A stretch of DNA of 56,613 nt, counting the filler, from Squatina squatina (Eukaryota), in NCBI GenBank assembly GCA_031763465.1. It is 3 parts of 2 records of this genome, joined end to end, with 100 filler letters (N's around TTAATTAATTAA, not from the genome) between each part and the next. Parts side by side here need not be neighbours in the genome. Positions count along the whole stretch, not along the records: positions 1 to 17,036 come from JARFOE010000001.1; positions 17,137 to 41,913 come from JARFOE010000001.1; 1 more part is not named here. One strand, written 5' to 3'. Under the pieces are notes generated by a model, which worked only from the letters and a program-made list of their open reading frames with translations, was not told the origin of the DNA and did not search any database. Made by a program: the position numbers and the translations under genes. How positions within the stretch are numbered: position 1 is the first letter of the stretch; the number at the start of each line of letters is the position of its first letter. Of this stretch, positions 11,465 through 26,899 are shown one piece after another.

Positions 11465-13027
11465 NNNNNNNNNNNNNNNNNNNNNNNNNNNNNNNNNNNN
11501 NNNNNNNNNNNNNNNNNNNNNNNNNNNNNNNNNNNNNNNNNNNNNNNNNNNNNNNNNNNNNNNNAGAGCTGTAACATTGTCTGATAGCTTGGCATGGACT
11601 AGCAGTAAATATATAGCAGCTGATGGGCAACACTTTACAGCATGCGTAGTTAGGATGCCTACCTGGTGTATGATACTGTTGTGTCATCACATGTTGGCCT
11701 TAAGGTCTGCCATCTTCTGCATCTGTTCCCAGGTCTTGCAGATACTGTACACTGCACTGACGCTCGCTGCCACGTTCTGCCAGCCATACAGCAAATACAT
11801 TGGGTAAGGTGCCTGGAGAGCCAAACAAAGCAGCCCTCTTCATGCACCAGCATCTCCGCTCTGCCATCCATCAATAAGTGTTTAAGTGCTTCACTGCTAC
11901 CTCTACATTTGTTTTGCCACCCGCTGATTTTTCCCATATCCACTTCTTTTGGCTCATATGACCTTTTGATAGACTGCCAAAAATATCTNNNNNNNNNNTG
12001 TGCTCACTTAGCTTTATGCGGGTGTATTATCCCTTTAAATCCCAACTGCACTGGATATTTTTCTTTATTCCCCTTTGCCAAGCTTCTGGCAGAAGACACT
12101 GTCGGAGCTTGTTCAGCATAGATTAGGATCAAGTTCGGAAGATGTGGAAAGACCTACTTGGGTGAATGCAAAGCTGATAGCACACTGGTTCTGCAGCCAA
12201 AGCACCAGGACTGGTAAATTTAACCTCAGATAGAACACAATTGACAACAGTATTGCATCACGTATGATGAACTCTCGTAAATTATTGGAGCACTACAAAT
12301 ATTAACTTATTATTCAAGCTGTTTTCATCCACCTTGTTTTGGTGAAAAGAGATCTACATCAAAAGGAATATTTTTTCCCTCTTACGCTTCTCAAAATATA
12401 ATGAATTCTTTCTCTGGGCAATTCCTAATTAACCATGATGGCCATAGGCAGTCAGTGTTATTTAAGCCAGTTTATCTCACAGGGGGCCAAGTGTTTTATC
12501 AGTAGGTTTAAGACCTAAAGTTCATGCCATGAGTACAGTTACAGATTACAACACAAGACTTCGAAACGTCAATATTAATGCAATACCCAGAAAAAAATTG
12601 ACTGCAGGTGGAAAGTTTTTAACATCAACATTGTGTATGTATAGTTAGTTAGTCAAACACTGTAAACAAATCACTCATCCAAAATCAAAACAGTGGATCA
12701 CTTGTAAGAAGCATAAACCATCGAGGGCAAATCATACACCGTATTTATTAAATCAAAATATTTTATCATTTCACTGCTTTGTGTGTCGCCTTTGAAAAAC
12801 TAATTTCCAGAAATCTATCATTTTACAATGTGATTTGTCGACATGGTTACTTTCTGATCCGCTATACTTAGTTATCTTTGTTCTTAGTTGGGGTAAAGGG
12901 GAGGGAGGTTCCTGTGTTTTTTTTACANNNNNNNNNNNNNNNNNNNNNNNNNNNNNNNNNNNNNNNNNNNNNNNNNNNNNNNNNNNNNNNNNNNNNNNNN
13001 NNNNNNNNNNNNNNNNNNNNNNNNNNN

Positions 13028-16480
<3,453 letters not shown>

Positions 16481-17036
16481 CTAAAAAGGATAAGCAAAAA
16501 TGCACAATTCAATTTACAAACTCACGTTCAGCAGAATAGCAAAAATTAGACAGTTTCAGGTGTTCATGTCCCTAGGCTGTCCAAACTAGATGGCAGGTTT
16601 TGAGAGTGCTGGATCCATTTCCAGTGGCTCAGTAGAAGAGAACTAAAGAAATACTCCTGTAAAATATGATTAAAATGGCCACACATTCAGGCTACTCTGA
16701 GCTGGTAACTCACTGCATCTATTTTTACTCCTTCAATTCTCTTCTGAAGATGCTGACTGGTGCTGGGGTGCAGATTTATGAGCAGCAACCATTGCTCAGT
16801 AGCTAACCCAGGTGGCCGTGCTTTATGCGAGAGCCTACACAGCATCACAGCTAACCCAGATTCTATCCGCACCTGTGTTTATCCAAGATTCAGTGTGATG
16901 TAAATTAGCAGTAGGAAACTTAGCTTATTTTTTCTCTGCCCAGCCTGGATGCACTATGGCTAATTGTAGCTCCTCCAGCACCATCATAGCTGAGATCAGC
17001 TACTCAGCAGTAGAAGTCACATTCTATCTGGTGCAT

Positions 17037-17136
17037 NNNNNNNNNNNNNNNNNNNNNNNNNNNNNNNNNNNNNNNNNNNNTTAATTAATTAANNNNNNNN
17101 NNNNNNNNNNNNNNNNNNNNNNNNNNNNNNNNNNNN
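17037..17136. other. Artificial scaffold linker N44-TTAATTAATTAA-N44
   Basis: A palindromic 12-mer with stops in all six frames at 17081-17092, centred in an exactly 100-nt spacer. An identical structure occurs at 41914-42013. Confidence 0.95.
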
Positions 17137-17576
17137 CAATGAGCCGGCTATTTATACCCTCAAACAAGATTGCTTAAGGCCCCGGGAAACCTGTGTACTG
17201 ACAGGTTTTTGTGGCACTGTTTTCTGGAGGCCAGCAGAGGCATTCAGACTGGTGAATTTTGTGTCAGGACGCTGCGGAGGCATTACGCGCGGTGATGACG
17301 TCACCGGCAGCTAGCGCCTCAAGAAATAGCACCTCACCGGGCCGCGGAGGCGATAATTTTTAATGCCTTAAGAAAATGGGGGCTGAATTTAGCGGGAGGC
17401 GCTAATCGGGCTTTTAACGCGCAAAGTTTTTTTAATGCCTCCACCACGCCTTCATAAGGCGAGAAAGAGGTGCTAAAAAGTACCCAATTTCAGGCCCCTA
17501 GTGTCCAAAATAAGGTTTTGACCTCAAACCATAAAAAAAGTACATATTTAACATTAACGATTAAGTTTACCCATTA

Positions 17577-18293
17577 GTCCAGGTTTTGCATTTGTAATGA
17601 CTGCAAAGCTGTTAGTGTTCACGGTCATTACTCTGTGAAACCAACAGCAACTTCTGGTGTTCGCACATGTGCAGTTAAACACAGAAATCCAGAAGTTGCT
17701 GTCACTGATTCCGTGCTCCTCCACAGGGTGCGCTGTTGAAATCCTTGCAGACTGGTATCTTACAAATCACTTGAATTGATGTGAACTTCCAATTTTTACA
17801 CTCTAATCTCGTGGTAAAAACCTCTGAAAAAGGAGGTGTAACTGGGGTTTTAATGGCGTGCAAAGTCATAATTACTGCCGAACAACCTCTTTGGCCCTGA
17901 AAAACTAATTTTATATTTGTGGACTGTCAAATTTCTCCATTATGATAAAAATTCCCATAGATATTTAAAATAATATAAATTATTATATTTTTAAAGTTTG
18001 TTTATTATAATTCAGCTTCTACCTTAATCCCATGTCCCAATCTTTGTTTTACTCTCTGTAAGATGATTTAAAAGTGTTTTTTACTTCCTGGTTTGCTGGC
18101 TGTGAGAATTTTTCAATGTGATCAGTTGCTTAGCCTGCTTGATAACAATACTGTTGCTGGAGATTCTATACAAATGACACCAGAATGAAATTAATATCAG
18201 GAAAGGTGAAATCCACATCACAGAGATTACCAGATCTTTGTGGGCAGCCTTCTTCGAGGTCAGCGTCAAGCGCCATCCTGCAAATTCAGGTTC
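17577..18293 (+). mobile_element. Non-autonomous DNA transposon (~700 bp), copy 1
   Basis: Collinear with 37261-37946. Shared blocks include GGCCCTGAAAAAC, TTCAGCTTCTACCTTAATCCCATGT and AGATCTTTGTGGGCAGC. The terminal inverted repeats are degenerate. Confidence 0.75.
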
Positions 18294-18633
18294 ATTAGTT
18301 CTCTTTTGTGCCTTTCAATACTATTTTTTATCATTTCTATTTCAAGACCTCCGAGCAATTGAAGGAGGTTGCCGCCGCACATATACAGTCTGAGCATATG
18401 TGGTTTGCAGAATTTCACAGCATGCATTCGGTTTCCCAGTGCTGAAGTGGGATGGGTTGATCGTCCGAAAAACAAAATACTGTTTCTGAATACCAGTGAA
18501 TGCAAATTACCGTCAGTCACATTCATGTTGCTGATCCATGCAATAATTGTCCTACACTATTTATTTTTAATCCTCTAACCAGGGTAACTTGGTATATGGT
18601 GACTGAATAGTCAAATGTCAGTTTGAGTACATA

Positions 18634-19248
18634 GGGGTCAAAATTCCCTTGCGCCGCAAACGGCACTAAATGAAAATTTTTGTGAGCTTTAGCGCCCACC
18701 ATTAATGGATTGTAAAAGCAGACAAATTCGGCACTTTAACAATAAAAATGGGGCGAGGCGCTGGTGGCCTCACTGGAGCGCAGGAGGAGCACTCTTACTC
18801 AGCCTTCATGGAATTTCACTTGACAATCATTCAGCGCTAATCAGCTTCCAACCCACTGTAGCCCTGGATGTTGGTCATGCCTTCATCTGCTCTCTCTGCT
18901 CATAAGCTTTGCCAACAGGAAAAAGGTTGTGCTTCACACTATGTCCAATTTCATTTTTGTGTCCAATAGTAGTAGCTGTTTCTGTACTTCTTTCGTTGTA
19001 ACCACTATTACTTCTTCAAATCCAAGCCTTTCCATAAGGTTTAGAGGCACGTGGCTCTGGAAATGTTGGTGGGTGTAGTAGAGTTTCGGAAGGAGCAGCT
19101 CTACCCACCACTGGGAAGAAGGCCAGCCCCACAGCACTTTTGGGCACTATGGGCTGCAATTGCCACGGATGTCTCTGGGGCCGACGTTGTTCATCGCACC
19201 TCTACCCAGTGTAGGAAGAAGTTCAATGACCTCTGTCGAATTGTTAAG
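18634..19248 (+). mobile_element. PIF/Harbinger transposon left part with Myb/SANT-like DNA-binding protein exon, interrupted
   Basis: TIR-like start GGGGTCAAAATT at 18634. The ORF VALEMLVGVVEFRKEQLY..LWAAIATDVSGADVVHRTSTQCRKKFNDL has the W..IA..VS..RT..QCRKK.NDL signature and ends at donor AAG|GTAAGT (19249). Confidence 0.8.
18938..19047 (-). pseudogene. EIF2B3: Intron-less fragment of eIF2B gamma subunit cDNA
   Basis: [37 protein letters not shown] matches recalled human [30 protein letters not shown]. Homology stops abruptly on both sides with no splice sites. Confidence 0.85.
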
Positions 19249-19419
19249 GTAAGTGGCATTGTCATTCTTTTCCATAGCTGCTTCTTCTGTCTGTGAAGAN
19301 NNNNNNNNNNNNNNNNNNNNNNNNNNNNNNNNNNNNNNNNNNNNNNNNNNNNNNNNNNNNNNNNNNNNNNNNNNNNNNNNNNNNNNNNNNNNNNNNNNNC
19401 TGGGTGGAGGCGGAGAAGC

Positions 19420-20032
19420 CTTGGTGATAAAAGGCGGCCAGAGGCCAGCAGTGTGCATAGTCACGATTCAGAAAGTGACGCGACGCAGGGGAGGCAGCTG
19501 ATTGATAAGTAGGATAGGGAAAGTATCTACCATTTCTACTGTTTTTACTGCTTCTACTATTTTTAAAGTTCAGTGGTTTAAGTAAAGATAAAGACAAGGT
19601 CCTTAGATTGTGGGGAAGAGTGCCGAGAGTGGAATATGGCCCTTGTGTAATTAGCCGTCTTTAATTTAAGAGTAATCTAAAGTAAGTCATGGCAGGAGAG
19701 CTCAGCCCCGTGGAATGCTCCTCCTGCGCTATGTGGGAAATCAGGGACACTTCCAGTTTCCCTGGCGACCGTGTGTGCAGGAAGTGTATCCAGCTGCAGC
19801 TACTGGCTGACTGCATTACAGAGCTGGAGCTGCAGATGGATTCACTGGAGCATCCACAATGCTGAGATCATCGTGGATAGCACATTTATTGAGGTGGTCA
19901 CACCGCAGGTAGACTGCACAGGCAGATAAGGGATGGTGACCACCAGACAGAATAGAAGGCTCAGGCCCCTCCCAGATATACCACTTTGGATACTGTTGGG
20001 GGGGGAAGAGATGGCTTATCAGGGGAAAGCAG
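19420..20032 (+). mobile_element. CR1-like LINE 5' region / ORF1 zinc-finger and coiled-coil remnant
   Basis: From ATG 19689: MAGELSPVECSSCAMWEIRDTSSFPGDRVCRKCIQLQLLADCITELELQMDSL (CxxC..CxKC followed by a leucine heptad). It is frameshifted afterwards. Confidence 0.75.
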
Positions 20033-20884
20033 NNNNNNNNNNNNNNNNNNNNNNNNNNNNNNNNNNNNNNNNNNNNNNNNNNNNNNNNNNNNNNNNNNNN
20101 NNNNNNNNNNNNNNNNNNNNNNNNNNNNNNNNCAATCCTGGCCCTCACTCTGTCTGATATTACTTCAATTCATTATTGTTCCTTTCCATTCCACAGTTGC
20201 GCTAAGATTTGATGTGCTACACCATCACCTGCTGGTTGCGATCTATTTTCCTCAAAAATAACTGAAGTCAGGAATTCAGTTGGAGCTACACAGCTCTTTT
20301 GACTTTATTTAATTATTGTTCTTCAGCACACTCACAAATTTTTCTTCAGGGGAATTCCATGCTTTGTAATTTAAAAAAAAGTGGGTGGCAAACAAACCTG
20401 TTCTCTTGATGAACTGGGATGGATCACTAAGTATTAGGAGAATGGGTACTCAAAGTTGGGGGCATTCATGAGGTGTGGTGGGAAGATACAGGCCACGTGA
20501 CATAACTGTTGGACCAATTGGGTAGGTTTGTTTTCTTTCCTGAATTGTTTAATTGTGTGTGTTTATTATGTTATATATTATATTTTTATTTTTGGGTATA
20601 TAGGGCATGGGTGAGAAATGGTCATTGCAGCTGCTCCCCACAGTATTGCATTTTGCTGCAAAGTGACTGGTCGCTTTTGAGACCAAACCAATCAGAAATT
20701 ATACCAGAACTGGTTCCACAGTTTGATTGGTCGCTAGTTATACAATTATGGGATCCAACTGATTTATGCTTTGCAGATTTGATTGGTAGAGAGGACTTTA
20801 CAATACTACAGCATTACACACTAACACAAAGATAAGACGTTTAAATAATTTAGATTTGCACAAAAGATACAGTTCAAATATTAC

Positions 20885-21055
20885 CTTTTACCAGCATCCA
20901 AGCTCAATTCTTCCTCAGTTTCCTCATTGATGTAAATTGACGATAGTGGCAGCTGTGCCAAGATTCGACTTTTTTCTTCTTTGTCTATGTGCCCCTTCAA
21001 TAGTACTGTCAGCATTTCATCATCATAAAAACCAACGTCCAAAAAGCTGAACTGA
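20885..21055 (-). CDS. ANAPC4: Anaphase-promoting complex subunit 4, late exon
   Basis: QFSFLDVGFYDDEMLTVLLKGHIDKEEKSRILAQLPLSSIYINEETEEELSLDAGKR with AG/GT boundaries. It matches the APC4 LDAQFYDDETVTVVLK..LAQLPLS region. Confidence 0.88.
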
Positions 21056-21734
21056 CTAAAAGAAAGCAAATAATCCAACTTTTCAGATCTGAAAAATCCC
21101 CCAAAGTAACACCATAAGCCCTAGTCTGTGCTGCCTGCATTAGTCTTGGCCCCAATTCATAGTTCAAAGTGCGCCACATCACCAGTGACACAGCCTCGGG
21201 ACCAGCGTGACGTGGCAATGCTAAATCAATTTTGCCAGGACGCCAGGCCGCATCACAGCCGGATTACATCAGCAGCAGCCCCACCCCCTGACTTAAAGGC
21301 AAGGGCCGCAGACTTCCGTTCGTCTTGCGATCCAGGCCCGCCGGAGCCAGAACGAAAATATGCAGGCCATGCCAGAGAGCGCGCTGGCAAAGGGGAGTGA
21401 GTGGCCGACTGATCGACCCTCCAAAAGCAATGTTTAAAGATGGCGGCTGCTGGTGCAACACTCCTTGACAGCGACAATGGAAATCTGTCATTGCCAACGC
21501 CAGTGGCGTCGGGGGGGCAAGCCCATGCGATGCACAGGGGGTTCGCAGGTGGGTGGAATGGGGTCAGCATGCGATGCGATGATGTTGTGCGCCAGCCCCT
21601 ACGCCACCAGCGGTGGGGAATCTATGGCACCGGCGCAACAGGCACAATTCTGCAATTTGATTTTTTAGGCCTGTACACTGATTTCATGCCTGGATTGCAC
21701 CGCTAATTGGCGGCAGAGTCAACATGGAATTATG

Positions 21735-22015
21735 AAAGGGAATTCCTGTTTGACAAACCTGTTGGAGTTTTTTGAGAATGTAACTAGCAGAATAGATAAG
21801 GGGGAACCAGTGGATGTGATGTATTTGGGATTCTCAGAAGGCTTTCAATAAGGTGGCACACAAAAGGTTAGTGGACAAAATTAGAATACATGGTAATGGG
21901 GGTAATATACTGGCATGGATTGAGAATTGGTTAACAGACAGAAAATGGAGAGTAGGAATAAACGGGTCATTTTCAGGTTGACAGGCTGTGACTAGTGGGG
22001 TACCACAGGGATCAG
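21735..22015 (+). mobile_element. CR1-like LINE RT fragment
   Basis: SCLTNLLEFFENVTSRIDKGEPVDVMYL/..KAFNKVAHKRLVDKIRIHG..LAWIENWLTDRKWRVGING..VTSGVPQGS, with a frameshift and a stop. Confidence 0.88.
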
Positions 22016-23361
22016 ACATGTTTATATATGGATTATTAACAAGCCATTATAAATGTGGAACGCATCAGGTACAGGTATGAATATGTTTCAGAAAAGCAGG
22101 GATCAAAATTTAAAGCATTGTTTTCTTAATTTCACTTTTGGATATGAGTATATATAATTAGACCTGCAGGTCAGAACCTCTCCTCCCTCTTAATACTAAC
22201 AACAACAACTTGTATTTATATAGTGCTTTTAATGTAGTGAACCATCCCAAGGTGCTTCACAGGAGTATTCATGAAATTCAGCACTAAAAGCGTGTGATAC
22301 AAATGAAAAAATGTATCATACATACGAGCCTGTTTTGTTATCATTCTGCTGATAACATAACCATTACAGTAATGGATTAAATTCCTGATTTTGTGCATTT
22401 TCATGAGTTTGAAGAAAAAAATCTGCTGCTTATCCCTGTTTAATCACACTACAATATTACCTTTGTATAGTATGCATGTAACCACACTTATTCTGGAAAT
22501 ACATCTCATGCAACCTTTTCCAACTTCTTCAAACTTTTGAATGATTCCATTCATTGATTTATATTTATTATTACCCATCCCACATTTTGGTGCTTTTCAC
22601 TATACATTACAGTGCAGAATTCCCTAAAGAAAAGGATTGGTCTGCATCCTGTTTCAAAGCTTCTGCCAATGGAGCTCTCACCAGCTGTTGGGAGCTGAGA
22701 AATTGCCGCATGGGGTTGTCTCACTCTCAAATGTCTCTGTTTTCGTATGACAGACGTCGTCCTTTGAGCATTGTCCGAGTATTGTGCAGTTTGCGAAGTT
22801 TTAATTAAACCTGAAAGGATTGCATCAGATGTACTTCCAGAGTATCTANNNNNNNNNNNNNNNNNNNNNNNNNNNNNNNNNNNNNNNNNNNNNNNNNNNN
22901 NNNNNNNNNNNNNNNNNNNNNNNNNNNNNNNNNNNNNNNNNNNNNNNNGTAGAGATTCGCGGTCATGGGCCTCCGGTTTTGCATGGGAAGAGGACCACAT
23001 ACCCCATTGGCACACATGGTTCACAAGCACCCCTGGGCTGGCCCAATGAATGACAGAAGGGAATCCTCATTCATGCTTATGGGGATTCCGAATGTACAGA
23101 AACCCCATAAGCATGAATGGAAATGCCCCCAACAATACATCTAGGCATCAAATAACAAATCACATTTAAAATTAATTAAAATGGCATTTAAATCAAAAAT
23201 TTAATTTTTGAAAATTAAATTTACAAGTTTTAAAGGGGCTAAAAATAAACATCTTATTTCACAGGTTTTCTTTTACTTTTCGCTTGCTACTGGTGAACCA
23301 GTTTCTGCACACAAAAAAGCACCTACATCTCACCGAACACCTTGCTTTTGTTTGTACTTAC

Positions 23362-24254
23362 TGTAACAGTTCATTTGCTTTTAGTATAAATGTTCCCACA
23401 GCATTTATGGCATCTTTGAAAGAAAACAAATAATTCACTTAAGTCAAGTACTCCAAAATAAAACATCACAATTTAATCTCGTGGTGAGTTGGTGGTATTT
23501 TAATATGCCATATCAAGGAGTGGTAAGACAGAGTTATGTTTCCTAAACTGCAAGTTTCCTGGTCTTAGCAGTAAGTGCTTGGGGAGTGTAATGGAGATTG
23601 TAATTGATCAGCAAGTGACCTGGGTTGTTTTTGCACCTGTAACTGTAACATGTGAGAACACCAAAAGCAAACAGAGAAGCACTGAAAAAATCCTGTGAGC
23701 AGACTGCCCATGTGCCTCATCAGCCTAAAATGACACATGTTATTTTGGCATATAATACCTCAATACAAGCCAAGAATAGATCAACAACAGCTCCAATAAG
23801 GTCAGCCAGTGGTGTGAATAGAAAACTAAAAGATAGGGCATTATTGTAATTCACAAAATTCCAGGATAGAGCACCTTGAGTGCATTCCTTTAAAAAAAAT
23901 TCAATGTCATTAATGCAATCTTTGCACTTTGTATTGAACAAACAAATGTTTAAAATATCATTAATGTCTATTTTAAACAGAATTCTGCACAAATGTTAAA
24001 CAAGTCATTTAAACAACACTATGAATAAAGACTTTTACAGTTCTTTAATACTCACCAATAGTTATATTTTTTCTTTTACCATAAAGGTCAGATACTTTGT
24101 AAAATTCCAATGGTTTCAGCATTTAAAAGCTTAAAACAGCATTTAGGACATACCTTCTATGGCTGGCACATCTAACCCTAAAGGTTGGTATTTCTGTTTC
24201 CACATAGCCATTCCCTTTAGCTCATTTAAATGATACAGGAGAGCCTCTGAGCCA
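23362..24254 (-). CDS. ANAPC4: ANAPC4, two consecutive middle exons (24254-24154, 23413-23362)
   Basis: SGSEALLYHLNELKGMAMWKQKYQPLGLDVPAIE|DAINAVGTFILKANELLQ. Canonical splice sites and matching phases. Confidence 0.92.
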
Positions 24255-24864
24255 CTGTGTGTGATAACAAGACGGAAAGACAATGCAAGAAAATCAGCGT
24301 AACAAGATAAAAGAAAAGACTTCACATCATAACTTAATTCTGCATCCTGAAAGTGTTATATGTAAAGTAGGATATTTAAGCTGCTGTGAAAATAAATTGT
24401 TACAATTCTAAAAGCCCATTATCTCCATCGATATGAAATTTTGTGCATGTTGCAAACTCATAATTTGGACATCACCACCATTCTATAACAGTCACACCTG
24501 CAGCTTCATACCTCAACCACCAAATGGAACTTCATAAACCACAGACCCCCACTTGTACCGACAGCCTCACTAAAGAAAAAACTTGCATTTACACAGTGCC
24601 TTTCATGACCATCGAATGCCCTAAAGCACTTTCCACCCAATGAAGTCTGTCCAGAATGAATGTCTAAATAGTGTCATTGATGCATTATAATATAATTAAC
24701 TGTAAACTGGTGAAATCTGTTACCATCAATATAAAACCTCACCAGAAAACTGGAGTAGATGTTAAATGGGTGGAAATCCAGTGTAATGGAATTGTGCTCA
24801 GTTTTCAATCATCTGTCTGTTGTACACCTGTTAAGTGGGCAACCCAAAAATGGCAAAAAGAAAA

Positions 24865-25277
24865 GCCTAAAGGCATTGTATCTTAATGCACGAATCTTAA
24901 TTCACAATAAGGTAGATGAATTAACAGCGCAAATAGGTGTAAATGGGTATGACATAGTTGCAATTACGGAGACATGGCTGCAGGGTGATCAAGGCTGGGA
25001 ACTAAACATCGAAGGGTATTCGATATTTAGGAAGGACAGACAAAAGGAGGTGGGGTGGCGTTATTAAAGGATGAAATCAATGCAATAGTGAGGAAGGATA
25101 TTGGCATGGAAAATAGAGATGTAGAATCAGTCTGGGTGGAGCTAAGAAGCCTCAAGGGACAGAAAGCATTGGTGGGATTTGCCTATAGGCCTCCAAACAG
25201 CAGTGGTGATGTAGGGGATGGCATTAAACAGGAAATTAGGGATGCATGTAATAAGGGTACAACAGTAATCCTGGGTG
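24865..25277 (+). mobile_element. CR1-like LINE apurinic endonuclease domain fragment
   Basis: LYLNAR..NKVDEL..YDIVAITETWL..WELNIEGYSIFRKDR and ESVWVEL..YRPPNS motifs. Confidence 0.88.
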
Positions 25278-25767
25278 NNNNNNNNNNNNNNNNNNNNNNN
25301 NNNNNNNNNNNNNNNNNNNNNNNNNNNNNNNNNNNNNNNNNNNNNNNNNNNNNNNNNNNNNNNNNNNNNNNNNNNNNCAGTGTGTTAACTGAACTGTGTG
25401 AGTGTGAAAAATTTTTGTTATCTGAACTCTCTTTGATGAAATTATTTTCCTTGAAAATAGTCTCCACCATTTTTCTATATAATAGTACATAAAGGTACCC
25501 CTCCAGCGTAAAAATTGATGTCTTATCTTGTACCTATGCAACAGAAATGTGAAGTGTTGTAACAAAGTAGAAACCAGTCTCAACACTGAAGTAAGCACTT
25601 TTGCATTGGTCAGAATACAAAAATGCTAGTCCTCGAGATAATTAATGCATTTTAAATCTGAAAACTGTTAAAGAACATGATTTATACTGTAGTGACTACA
25701 GAACATGTAAGGAACAAAATTTAATACATAGCTCAGCTAAAATAGAATTATTTACATCAGTACTAAC

Positions 25768-25854
25768 CTGTACAAACTTTGTCAGTCTTAAGTCCATTTG
25801 CATTAAAATATCCTCCCAGGCTTCACACATGCAGGCCAAAGACAGCTTTTGGTA
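25768..25854 (-). CDS. ANAPC4: ANAPC4 exon (87 nt)
   Basis: YQKLSLACMCEAWEDILMQMDLRLTKFVQ, AG/GT bounded. Confidence 0.92.
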
Positions 25855-26899
25855 CTATCAGTTTAAAAAAAAATGAAGAACAAGAACATTAACTATAAAG
25901 AAATTATACTGTGAAGACTACTAAGATGAACTTTTTTTAAAATAACATTTTATCAATATATCAAAATATTCAGTCTAGTGACGTAGAAGTTCTCTGCCAT
26001 TATATTGCTGTCCAGGGCCAGTGCAGGTCATCCCTTGGGTTACTTAATGTATTTTAAAAAAAATATTGCTCTTTGATTTCTTTGCCAGAAACACCCACTC
26101 ACAGATGATTGTAAAGATACTGAGCAAACATTGAGCAAAGGCAAGCTGAGACTTGTATTCACAATTACATCGTNNNNNNNNNNNNNNNNNNNNNNNNNNN
26201 NNNNNNNNNNNNNNNNNNNNNNNNNNNNNNNNNNNNNNNNNNNNNNNNNNNNNNNNNNNNNNNNNNNNNNNNNCCCAAACTACTTGTAGTGATTTGCTGC
26301 ACACCATCAATTGCTGATCAAGTAGAGACTTGTATGATGATCAATAGTGTTTACCTTTTAGGATGGGTATTTAATTATTAAACCCCAAATGGAATAAATT
26401 TCAGTGTGTGGAATTCAGTTTCCATTTAAGAAGTCTATTAAAATTACCATATTTATTGAAAACCATACAGACCTTATAGGAGGCAAATTATTCATATTGC
26501 AAATGGGCTTAGTCATTTTAGGAGATGACAAAGATTAGAATACTTTGGGGCAGAAATTTGTGTGCTTATTGCCACATGTTAGTGCCACGATCTCCTAACT
26601 TCATTTTGGCCATTGAATTTACCGGCTGGAGAAAGCAACGACAGGTTGAGGTGGAGTGCAGCAGCAGGGAGCCTGCTCCAGTAATGCTATATAAAGGGAT
26701 CATCACCAATCACTCACACCTGACAGGGTTTTGCAGTTTGAGTGGCTGTGTGCTACTTCCTGCAAATGCAAGAGTTTTCTTTAGTTATTTCAAGGTTATT
26801 TGGTATCAGCGAGAGTTCATTATTTTTGAAATGTTTCAAACTACAACACTAGTTAAAGGTCATGGGAGCCGTACTGGCAGTCGACCTCACCCTCTAGGA

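Noticed and set aside
17081-17092. TTAATTAATTAA as a homeodomain site or piggyBac-type target
   Set aside because: Its symmetric placement inside N runs, twice, shows it is an assembly linker.
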